DNA from: Lytechinus pictus
Taxonomy: Eukaryota
Length of the DNA stretch: 64,000 bases
Reading direction: 5' to 3'
Assembly (NCBI RefSeq): GCF_037042905.1
Contig: NC_087245.1
Location: 42,720,001 to 42,784,000 of the forward strand
The translations under genes were made by a program, and so were the position numbers. Shown here in pieces: positions 50,301-59,442 of the stretch. How positions within the stretch are numbered: the first letter of the stretch is position 1; every line of letters starts with the position of its first letter. The notes below the pieces were generated by a model. That model saw only the letters and a list, made by a program, of their open reading frames with translations, was not told where the DNA came from and did no database searches.

Positions 50301-51405
50301 ATTGTGGATGTCTCCTAGATTTCTGCCTTATGGGCTTTGCATCCCCAGTCTTGATGCTATGTTGCACAATATTTGTGCATCCAATATCCTGGCTGTTCTT
50401 GGAAAATATGTCTGCGTAGTCTATCAGACACATTTTTATTTGCTCATGATACTGGGAATCCACATTAATTATTGCACGGTCGTACAGATCCTCTAAATGT
50501 GGTTGGAGATCATTAGGCTTTGAACCTTCATTTGCTACAGGGTTAAGTTCTGCAGTAGATATCATTCCAAGCGTTACACCTTCTTCGACATCACATGGTG
50601 AGTCACTTGAGTTAAATACTCGGACCGGAATAATATCCTCCTCTGCATTAACTAGAGTCCTAGCAACCATTAGTCCATGTGATGTGACCTTGCATTCGGG
50701 TTCTAAGCCTTCTACAATCGCAGTTCCTTTCATGTTATCGCTCTTGTTGGATATTCTACCCGGAATGATAGCTTCATGTCCGGTGGGCACCATTGTAGCA
50801 CATGCTACTTCAACCCGACCAACAAAAGGTTCTCCACTCTGTGTAGTACAGGTTATCTCTTCACCATGTATGTGGAGACTGCGACGCTGAAAGTTCAAGA
50901 CACTATGTGTTGGGAGCAAAAAATCCATACCAAGTATCCCTTGGCATTTGATGTCTGCAAAAATGACCTTGACAGAATGAACGGTTCGACCAATACAAAG
51001 GTCCACCCATGCTGTACCTAGCACACTCAATGGACTTCCATCGACCTGTTGGATTCTCTCCATGAAAGATTCTAGGTCAGGCCTTGATTCTCTGGTCATT
51101 CTGTAGTAAGTGGTGGCACTAATGATAGTGTCAGTCGAACCTGTATCGATCAGAAACCGACAGGTTGTGGAGCGAAGTGTCCCAGTAACATATAGGCCTT
51201 GTTTGGCATTGGATAGCCTATTAGGGATCATGAAGGAATAATTTGGAGCTAGTAGTTCATTCCTGTTTGAGTTGGATGAAATTGTTGACCCTCGTCTTCC
51301 AGCCTGCCTGCGGGTCTCATGGCCGACTGTCTGTCGTTTCCCAACTGTGTATTGCTCCTTCTTGGGTGCGGGCATTGGCGACATAAATGGCCAACTTCTC
51401 CACAC
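47386..51405 (-). CDS. pol: Pol polyprotein (protease, RT, RNase H, integrase), probably expressed by -1 frameshift from gag
   Basis: Protease FLIDTGS; RT YPIPRID, MPFGL, YLDD; RNase H DTDAS..ELLAL..TDH; integrase HHCC plus D,D35E (LDLMGP, SDQGSNF, ERFNRT); GPY motif. Confidence 0.97.
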   Translation of the reverse strand: MWRSWPFMSPMPAPKKEQYTVGKRQTVGHETRRQAGRRGSTISSNSNRNELLAPNYSFMIPNRLSNAKQGLYVTGTLRSTTCRFLIDTGSTDTIISATTYYRMTRESRPDLESFMERIQQVDGSPLSVLGTAWVDLCIGRTVHSVKVIFADIKCQGILGMDFLLPTHSVLNFQRRSLHIHGEEITCTTQSGEPFVGRVEVACATMVPTGHEAIIPGRISNKSDNMKGTAIVEGLEPECKVTSHGLMVARTLVNAEEDIIPVRVFNSSDSPCDVEEGVTLGMISTAELNPVANEGSKPNDLQPHLEDLYDRAIINVDSQYHEQIKMCLIDYADIFSKNSQDIGCTNIVQHSIKTGDAKPIRQKSRRHPQCNQQEIDRQVQDLLDRGVIEPSESPWAANIVLVKKKDGTQRLCVDYRNLNEVTIKDAYPIPRIDETLDALNSAKWFSTLDLSSGYWQVSLDEDAQDKTSFIVRNGLYKWKVMPFGLTNAPATFERLMEKVLKGLQWEVLLVYLDDIIVYGRSVEEEIQRLRLTFSRLRDANLKLKPSKCNLFCKSVTYLGHVVSDEGVLTDPAKVQAIVDWPQPGCKKEVRSFLGIASYYRRFVKGFAEIASPLHKLTAKSAKFEWDESCERSFQELKLRLQSAPILTFPTPDDEFVLDTDASSEAVGAVLSQVQGGQEKVVAYYSRKLHKAEKNYCVTRQELLALVTALKQFRQYLYGRKVKVRTDHASLKWLLNFKDPEGQLARWLQQIAEYDLHIEHRPGRNHGNADGLSRMKCKQCGRGDAIQTDHRDSSTPDPDGEHSSRGIASQPSMSSKNIREAQLSDETIQWVLLAKEDNQPRPEWKDIAQKSGAAKTYWSKWNQLEVADGILCRRWESDDGKSIRKQIIMPEKLRKDAVSDVHDGPLGAHLGLRKTLAKLKLRFYWCGMIADARSFLRKCDLCARRKNPPRHRRAPLQQSRVGVPMERIALDLMGPLPKTDSGNRWILVVGDYHTKWVEAYALPDAKAKTVARKLVEEFISRFGVPNEIHSDQGSNFESNLFAEMCELLGINKTRTTPYNPKSDGMIERFNRTLINMVAILLEDDTTQKTWDEHLAFATSAYRSSPHESTGETPNMLMLGRETKLPIDLTTRTIEEEQQQDPEDYAQEIRKNIQKAHQRAQACTGKAAIHQKANYDRRTSTHGLSEGQFVWLHDPSKRKGISPKLQLRWKGPYLIVTKLSDVIFRIQASPRSKPSVVHADRLKPYEGEELQKWTWGKPNETNNPKVSQAMNDTETLPETNDTERVLEANDPEIEPENDDFVLTQSNDQNSSQSPSNNESNQKRPTRNRRMPKYLEQYQVQFD

Positions 51406-52658
51406 CTATAGCAGGCTCTATCTTCTGCCCTTTGTCGACGACCCGAATTGGCAGGGCTAGGAGGGGGAGGTGATGGGGTCTGAGAGTTGCCTGCCTCTGC
51501 TCGACTCCCTTCCATTCTCTGGAGTATTTCTGTGAGAGTCTGCATGTGCTGCATTTGATTATTTAGCATGCTTTCTACTTGTTGTAGACGGGCATCATTG
51601 TCAACACCCCTTGCATGTCGTCCTGACCTCAGCCTGTCATTTGTCCGCTGCATTTCGACTCTTTCAAAATTTTCAGTTTCAAGTGCAGCTTGAACCGCTT
51701 CATCCAATGTAGACGGTCGAGCTCGGTGAATGCCCTCTCTAATGGATTGACTTTCTACTGCGTCTATGAAGTGATTCTTTTCAAGCCTTACACGGGGCAC
51801 TGATGGAATTTCAGGGTAGGCCTTTAGTGCCAGTTCGTGTATAGCTTGACCAAGCTCTTGCAAAGACTCTCTAGGTCCTTGCTTTCTGTATCTCAATTCC
51901 ATGAGATAATTCTCAGCCTGTTGGCTGGAGTCAAATCTTCGTCTCAGTACCTGAGACAGCTGCTGGTAGGAGCTTCTTACAGTGCTACTCAAACCACTTA
52001 CACACCGTAGTGCTTCATTCTGTAAGCTTGCCATCAAATAGGAGGCTGCTTCTTCATCCTCCCACCCATTCACATCTTTACATGCTTCAAAGTGGTGATG
52101 GTAGTCTCTCCATGAAGTTTTACCATTATACCTGTCGGGTACAAGGAGAGGTCTCTGTCTTTTCATTTTTGGTGATGTCAAATTATGTGACATCATGACA
52201 GGTGTCAGTCCTGATCCTGAATTTCTTGGTATTTGTTTATTTACATCACTGTGAATGTCATGGGGACAAATGGGTGTAGACGAGAAGGGATTTGTTGTAG
52301 GCAACTTCGGAGTATGAGGAGCAAAAGCAGTATTCCTCCTAATTGGAATAGTTTCTGTCTCGGAAACATAGCCAGTTGTTTCCTCATGAAACCTATTTCT
52401 GGGAGCTTTGAATCTAACCTCTGATTCAATGTCCTGATATTGCGACCGCATCGCCTCTTCAGGTCTTCTCGGGGTTTCTGAGAATTCCCCCACATTTCTG
52501 AGGTTTTCCCTAGCACCTTCCATTTTCTCTGAGTTTTCTTCTGCCTTTGTCTTCTCCCACTCCAACAACTCTTTTTCTAGTCTACACTGACTGATTTTCT
52601 CATTTATTTGATCTAATTCTTTCTCAATATCCCTCCTTTGACTTATGTTCTTTGCCAT
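51249..52658 (-). CDS. gag: Gag (~469 aa from ATG 52658)
   Basis: N-terminal coiled-coil-like segment, capsid-like PDRYNGKTSW..FE..NGW and RKQGPRESLQE, CCHC knuckle CYRCGEVGHLCRQC. Confidence 0.9.
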   Translation of the reverse strand: MAKNISQRRDIEKELDQINEKISQCRLEKELLEWEKTKAEENSEKMEGARENLRNVGEFSETPRRPEEAMRSQYQDIESEVRFKAPRNRFHEETTGYVSETETIPIRRNTAFAPHTPKLPTTNPFSSTPICPHDIHSDVNKQIPRNSGSGLTPVMMSHNLTSPKMKRQRPLLVPDRYNGKTSWRDYHHHFEACKDVNGWEDEEAASYLMASLQNEALRCVSGLSSTVRSSYQQLSQVLRRRFDSSQQAENYLMELRYRKQGPRESLQELGQAIHELALKAYPEIPSVPRVRLEKNHFIDAVESQSIREGIHRARPSTLDEAVQAALETENFERVEMQRTNDRLRSGRHARGVDNDARLQQVESMLNNQMQHMQTLTEILQRMEGSRAEAGNSQTPSPPPPSPANSGRRQRAEDRACYRCGEVGHLCRQCPHPRRSNTQLGNDRQSAMRPAGRLEDEGQQFHPTQTGMNY

Positions 52659-53398
52659 TTCTATATGAAATAAGGTATGTATCAAATAGCAAAGTTTACT
52701 TAAGTTCACACATCCAGAATGTGCTTATGGATGATTGAATTTGGAAATGATCTCCTTTTAATATTATACTAAATTGATCAAATACAACTGAACAATATTC
52801 ATTCAACAAAAGTTGAAAATCTTTATCTATTTTCAATGCATTCTATTTCCAAACTATCACGAGCATTGATTGAGCAAGCCTTATGCAACCACTACAGTGT
52901 ATTTATGAGCACATTCGCTCGCTATTATTCTATATATTGATCTACTGCTCGTGAGCACGATTTTATGAGCATGGTTTCATTGCTCGTGAGATTTGCTCAT
53001 GTGGGTTTGGCTCATAAATTTTGCTCACGAGTCTTGCTCACGAGTACGCTCATGTGGGTTTTGCTCATGTGGGTTTGGCTCATAAATTTTGCTCATGAGT
53101 CTTGCTCACGAGTACGCTCATGTGGGTTTGGCTCATAAATTTTGCTCATGAGTCTTGCTCACGAGTAGACTATTGCTCACAAGTTAATACTTGCTCATGT
53201 AGTAATATCTGCACTGCTCACTGTGTGTGACACGTACAGCCTGCTCTATTGTTTACTTTCCTCACTCATGCAGAGCCACATACATAGGCATCTATTTGAA
53301 TGGACATGTGTGCGGGTAGCAGGACAAATTTTGCTTCAATATCTGAGCTTATAGAAAACTGAATAAACTGACAGAATTCATGCTGGAAAATGTGTTGA

Positions 53399-53417
53399 AA
53401 TCCCACCGCTGCCACCA
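53399..53417 (-). other. Primer-binding site, tRNA-Leu
   Basis: Minus-strand TGGTGGCAGCGGTGGGATT lies 2 nt after the 5' LTR. It is complementary to the eukaryotic tRNA-Leu(AAG/TAG) 3' end AATCCCACCGCTGCCACCA. Confidence 0.9.
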
Positions 53418-53419
53418 AT

Positions 53420-54021
53420 TGTAACCGAAATCACCTTCGAACTTTGCTCACCAGGTTCTTCCACAAAAATATATTGCGATTCAACACATTCTCACGTGCA
53501 CTCATTCCTCAGTCTACTCACGTTTTCACAATCTCTGCTCCCGGTCATCGATCTGACTAACTTAATTAGAAATAAAATAAGAATCAACTCAATTTGAATT
53601 TACCTTCAAGTCTTGGTCTTGGCCTTTATTAACACTAAACTGGAGCAATGGTTGCACAAATATCTGCTCCCAATCGATTATCTTCTGACTTCAGAGCTAG
53701 AGCGAAACAATACACATGATACAGGAGCCAAACTACAACCACTCCTCACAGTACGAGAGCTACACAACAACTGCACCCATCGAGGGCCAAACTTCAACTA
53801 ACTAACCCCCTCCTTCAAGTGTAAGTGTAGGGGAGTCCCTAAACACATGAGTGCACAAGGCACTCTTACATAAAGATACACACATGTAGTGTACACAGAG
53901 AGACTGCACTACTGTGCATAGGGAAGATGGGGATAGTAGGAGAGAGATAGACAGAGAGAGAGAGAGAGAAGAATAACAGAGGTAGTCTACTACCAGACTC
54001 TAAATAGGCAGTTTTGTTACA
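53420..54021 (-). repeat. 5' LTR
   Basis: 602 bp, TG...CA. Minus-strand AATAAA at 53630-53625. Confidence 0.95.
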
Positions 54022-54786
54022 ATACTCACCCATAGAACATTTTCCCTGTAAACATGAAAAAAAGGTTTTTGCCAGGTTTTTACTACTTGACACTCAACGA
54101 ACCACTCTCTCCTTCTCTCTCTCTCTTCTCGTTTCCTATTCAAACATCCTATTTATCGCTCCGTATCCAACTTCCTAAAAAATTCTGCATTTAAAACAGG
54201 GTATAAAATCAATGTTACAGAAAAACCCCACTTAAACACGTTTTCATACGAAGTTGTTGGAATTTTCATTCAAATCCAAAGGGATTCTGGTCCTACATAC
54301 TAAAAAAAACCCAAACATATTAAATGGATGTTAAGACTTGAACCTTTTTGTACTGATTGCACTTGTTTGATTGCACCATAAATGGTGCACAATTGTATCT
54401 TTAAAGATGCAGACGATTTTCCGGTCAAACGGATGCAAATTTGCACCTTCCTTAGAGGGTGGTACAACATTTTAGGGCGTACAATGTACAATCATGATAA
54501 CTATAAAGAACCCCCCAAGGGTTCAAAGTTGCACAAGGAGTTGATTGTGTAGCTATTGAAGAGCGCATTTTTTGTTTAATGTGTACGTGCTATAAGCGCA
54601 ACATATAGGAAACCCTGATAATCTATTTTATAAGATATAACAAAAAACATTTGATCAACCAAAATTATGTGATTATTCCCTCATTAAAAGGTGAAATGTT
54701 ACATTATGAAAGTCATTATTTGCACTATTAAATATACGATTTGTTTTTTAACGTTAATCACTAGAACTTGGTTCTTATTTTATTGA

Positions 54787-55136
54787 ATATTTGTATGAAA
54801 TTACATTCATTACTTACACTTAATACTTTTCACTTGTTTTGAAGTGTGACAATTTACATTTTATTGTTATTGTTGCTGTTGCTATTTTTCACATATTCGG
54901 GTTTTTCATGTATATATATTTGATAATCAAAATGATTAATGTATATAAATTGCTTTGAGTATATATTTGTATGAAATTACATTCATTACTTACACTTAAT
55001 ACTTTTCACTTGTTTTGAAGTGTGACAATTTACATTTTATTGTTATTGTTGCTGTTGCTATTTTTAACATATTCGGGTTTTTCATGTATATATATTTGAT
55101 AATCAAAATGATTAATGTATATAAATTGCTTAGAGT
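54787..55136. repeat. 176-bp tandem duplication at the LINE 5' end
   Basis: Near-identical copies begin at 54787 and 54963. Confidence 0.9.
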
Positions 55137-55190
55137 GGAGGAAGTAAAATCTCAACCTAATTTCAACATAAGATTTAATGATTAAATAAA

Positions 55191-58100
55191 TACCCATGTT
55201 CAATTTGTAATAAATCTGTTAAAATAAATCAAAAGGCTTTGTTATGCACTGTATGTTCACAGTGGGTGCATATAGTTTGTGGCGGGGTCTCAAGAGAGAC
55301 CTATGATTCAGATGAACTGTTTGAAAATTGGCAGTGCCCGAAATGTATTTTCCAAAGTGTATTACCTTTTTGGAATGATCCTGATCTATCTACTGAAGTC
55401 GTGTATAACTGTACAATATTTCTGTCGACGCACATGATGATAGGTCAACCGAAACTAATGATTTTGCTCTAAAAGATATTAAAGGTATAAAATTAGCTCA
55501 TCTTAATGTCAGAAGCATTGTTAATAAAGTTGCTGATTTACAATGTTGGCTGAATAATAACCCTTATGATCTACTAGGAGTGTCAGAAACATGGTTAACA
55601 AAGGAACATTCTGATAGCTTGATTTCTGTTAAAGGTTATACGTTTGAGAGGAAGGATAGATGTACTCATGGAGGTGGAGTGGGATGTTTTATATAAAAAA
55701 AAATTATCGTATATAAGGAGATTGGATCTTGAATCTGTTGCCTTAGAAATAATTTGGTTGGAGTTGCAACGTAGCAATAGTAGCTCATTATTTATTTGTA
55801 TATTGTATAGAAAACCGGATAATTATTTAGATTTTTTGACAGTCTTGAAAGTAATCTTGAGAAATTGTATACAGTTACAAACAACGTCATCCTTCTTGGT
55901 GATTTTAACTGTAATATGCAAACCATAAATAATCTTTCTAGAAAAGTTTCCAGTCTCCTTACTACAATGCAAATGACACAGGTTATATCCGAACCCACTA
56001 GAATTTCACCACATAGCCAGTCAGTAATCGATTTGGTATGTATTTCTGATGCACTTGTTGACAATATTATTAAGTCAGGAGTGCAGTCAGCTGGACTTAG
56101 TGATCACTCTGTGATTTTTACTGCAATTAAAGGGAAACATCAATCCCTTTCTCCGAAAATAACTAAATGTCGTTCATTCAAGTACTTTGACAGTGAGAAA
56201 TTTAAAGATGATGTAAGGAAAGTTGATTGGCATGAGTTTTATTCCTGTGGGACTGACGTTGAAAAATTGTGGCACTACTTTAAAAACACACTCCTGGACA
56301 TTTGTGACAGGCATGCCCCCGTGATATCAGTGCGGCAAAAACAAAGAGGGGTACCTTGGATAAATGATGATTTTTTGGTGTTAGCACGCGAAAGGGATTA
56401 TTATCGAAAGCAATTTAGAAAAACAAGATTAATTTATTGGTGGAATAAATTTCAGTTTTCCCGTAACAGAGCTAATAACTTGATTAAAAATTTGAAAAAG
56501 AAGTATTATCAGGACAAATTTAAGGACTGCGAAAATGACATAAAAAAGAACTGGAACATTTTATCGAAGCTTATACCTAAGAAAAATAAAACCACGAGTC
56601 ATGATGTTAAATTAACAATTGATAATGATCAAATATCTAACAATGAAATAACTCACGTTCTAAACAAAGCCTTTAATGAAGTCGGCTCAAGGTTACAAGC
56701 CGCTTCGGGTAATTTCTCGAAAGATTTATTAAACAATTTACAAACTCTGTTTATTCCAGATTGTGAATTTAAATTTTATGCAATCAAAAAGGAGTATGTT
56801 TTGAAAGAACTATTACATATTGATTGTTCGAAAGCGGTCGGAGTAGATGGCATTCACCCTAATTTTCTTAAGCTGGCAGCAGAGAGTATAGCTGGCCCTT
56901 TAACCCATTTATTTAATGCAACTTTACAAACTAGTGTTATTCCAGAAGATTTTAAAACAGCAAGAATTACTCCTGTACATAAGGGAGGATCATTTGATAT
57001 TGACAATTATAGACCAATTTCTGTGCTTCCAGTCCTGTCCAAAATACTAGAGAGAGCAATACATGATCAATTGTATAAGTACTTAAATGTAAATGATCTA
57101 CTTGCAAATTGTCAGTCTGGCTTCAGACCGTCTTATTCTACTGCCACTTGTCTAACTGAGATTACAGACTTTTTGTATGATAAAATGGACCGAAAACATG
57201 TTACTGGTGGTATTTTCTTGGACTCACGCAAAGCTTTTGCTGTTATTCCTCACAATTTTATACTTGCAAAACTTAAGTACTATGGTATTACTGGCAATGA
57301 ATACAACTGGATGGAATCGTATTTAACAGACAGAAGGCAATTTGTAATGATTAACAGTTGTCACAGTGAATTTTTGAAGATAAAATCAGGTGTCCCACAA
57401 TGATCTATACTGGGTCCGTTGATATTTTGTATTTTTATTAATGACATGTGTAATTTGAAATTGCATGTACATTCTAAAATGTCTCTTTATGCTGATGATA
57501 CCGCAATTTTTAATCACGGTGAATCAATTAAGGAGGTACAAAAGTATTTGCAAGATGATTTTGATTCAATAAATAAATGGCTAGACTTAAATAATATGCA
57601 TTTACACCCGCAAAAAACGAAAGCCATGGTATTTGGTCAAAAGAAAAAGTTGAGGGGTGCTCATTTGTCAGTGAAATTCAGGAACATACAATTAGAAAAT
57701 GTAAAAAAAGATTAAATACTTAGGTGTCATGCTCGATCCGGGCTTGACTTGGTGCGAACATATTACTAATATCGTTTGTAAAATATCTCGGGCAATAGGT
57801 TGTGTAAGGCGGATTAAGCACTTACTGTCCTTTGATATCATGAAGAAGCTGTACTTTTCTATGATTTTACCTTACATTGATTACTGTATTACATCTTGGG
57901 GAAGCAGTGCAAAAATACATTTAGATAAGATACAAAAACTTCAAAATAAATATGCCAGAATGCTTTTGAAAAAAGATATAATACATCACAAATTTCTTTG
58001 TTGCAGTCACTGAAGTGGCAATCAGTAGATCAGCGTATAAAATATCAGTATTGCGTTCTTGTATATAAAATAATGAATGATTTAGTTCCAAATTATTTAA

Positions 58101-58309
58101 AACCTTTAGTATGTAAACGGCCCGTGAAATACAGGACACGGTATTCTTTACGATGCCCCCTTCAGCTTCCCAAAGCTAGAATTGAACATAAAAGAAAATC
58201 TTTCGCATATGTCGGACCCATATTATTTAATGCACTTCCTTCAAATTTACAAGTTTGTACCTCCTTGTTAGTTTTAAAAAAATTATGCAAAGCCTTTCAT
58301 ACGAATTGA
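55191..58309 (+). pseudogene. Disrupted LINE ORF2
   Basis: Broken into successive ORF pieces by several frameshifts. TGA replaces Gly in GVPQG at 57401-57403. Confidence 0.85.
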
Positions 58310-59068
58310 TAAAGAGCGAAATGATATCCCATTGATTTACAATGCTATGTATGTTTAGATTGTCACTTCCCACTCTATATTTTGGTGTTAATTGTTTCTG
58401 ATGTTAGATATTTTGTATTTTGTATTTTTGATGTTGTTTGTTGTTGTTGTTGTTGTTGTTCATAGTTATCTTGACATGTATTTTAAACTGCAGGGCGCCT
58501 TTGTAAAGCAGTTTTAAGAACTGAACAGGCCTACCCTGCAGTATAAAATAAATAAAACAAAATAAATAAATAAATAAATAAGTCATTAATACACAGTCCC
58601 GTTCGTCGTGGCCTGAAGGTGTATGTAACATCATGTAAGAAATTATTTTCTTCACAGTATATTCCGAAACAGAGCCATGTTTGATGGAGCTGTTGCCTTT
58701 TTTCTTGCGACTGTTAAGAATATTCATAGACATGATAGATAATAATCACCCTAGACACAACTGGTATAAACTAAGAGCTTTGATAATAAAACAAACGAAA
58801 TGATCGATATTAGAGCCTAAAGAATATGCTGACAGTTATAGTAATGGTGATTGATGTCACAAAGCTTTGATGCATTAAAATTGTAATTTTATCGTGCAGT
58901 ATACAATTTCGGTTGACACAGATTTACTTATTTTGTTTTAGAAGACGTATAGACAGGTAGAAAGATAGATGAAAAGGTAGGTACGTAAGGAGGTAGATAG
59001 ATAGATAGATAGATAGATAGATATATAGAGGTCTATATGTAGGTTGGCATGTAGATAATAGATATATG

Positions 59069-59238
59069 AAGTAATCAAAAAAGGTTTAGTAAATGCCGTG
59101 GAAATAAAATCGTTGATTTTAAAAGGAGCATAGCTCTAAAAAATGAAAGGTAAAGTCACACTCTTCGTCAGTGCTATGCTCCTTTTAAAATCAACGATTT
59201 TATTTCCACGGCATTTACTAAACCTTTTGTGATTACTT
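59069..59238. repeat. 66-bp near-perfect inverted repeat within (TAGA)n-rich sequence
   Basis: Arms at 59069-59134 and 59173-59238 with a 38-bp spacer. Confidence 0.9.
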
Positions 59239-59386
59239 TATTCCATATGCCGAAGCAGACTATTTCTATTTTTATAGATAGATGTATGGATAGGTAGATA
59301 GGTAAATAAACGGATAGATACGTTTACACACACACACACACACACATAGATAGATGTATAGATGTATACATAGACCTACATATATA

Positions 59387-59442
<56 letters not shown>

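Larger units (their letters stand above)
44659..54021 (-). mobile_element. Intact Ty3/Gypsy LTR retrotransposon, 9363 bp, with gag, pol and an extra zinc-finger ORF3
   Basis: Two 602-bp TG...CA LTRs, 4-bp TSD ATAC (44655-44658, 54022-54025), PBS, PPT and uninterrupted ORFs. Domain order is PR-RT-RH-INT. Confidence 0.97.
54719..58579 (+). mobile_element. Decayed CR1/L2-clade LINE (PHD-APE-RT)
   Basis: PHD CSIC..CTVC..H..C..CPKC from 55191. APE motifs HLNVRS, SETWL, GDFN, SDH. RT motifs YRPIS, QSGFR, GVPQ*SILGP, YADD. 3' (AAAT)n tail. Candidate TSD AAGTCATTA (54710-54718, 58580-58588). Confidence 0.85.

Noticed and set aside
47772..52516. Short alternative-frame and antisense ORFs within gag-pol
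   Set aside because: No motifs. They are expected shadows of long coding sequence.
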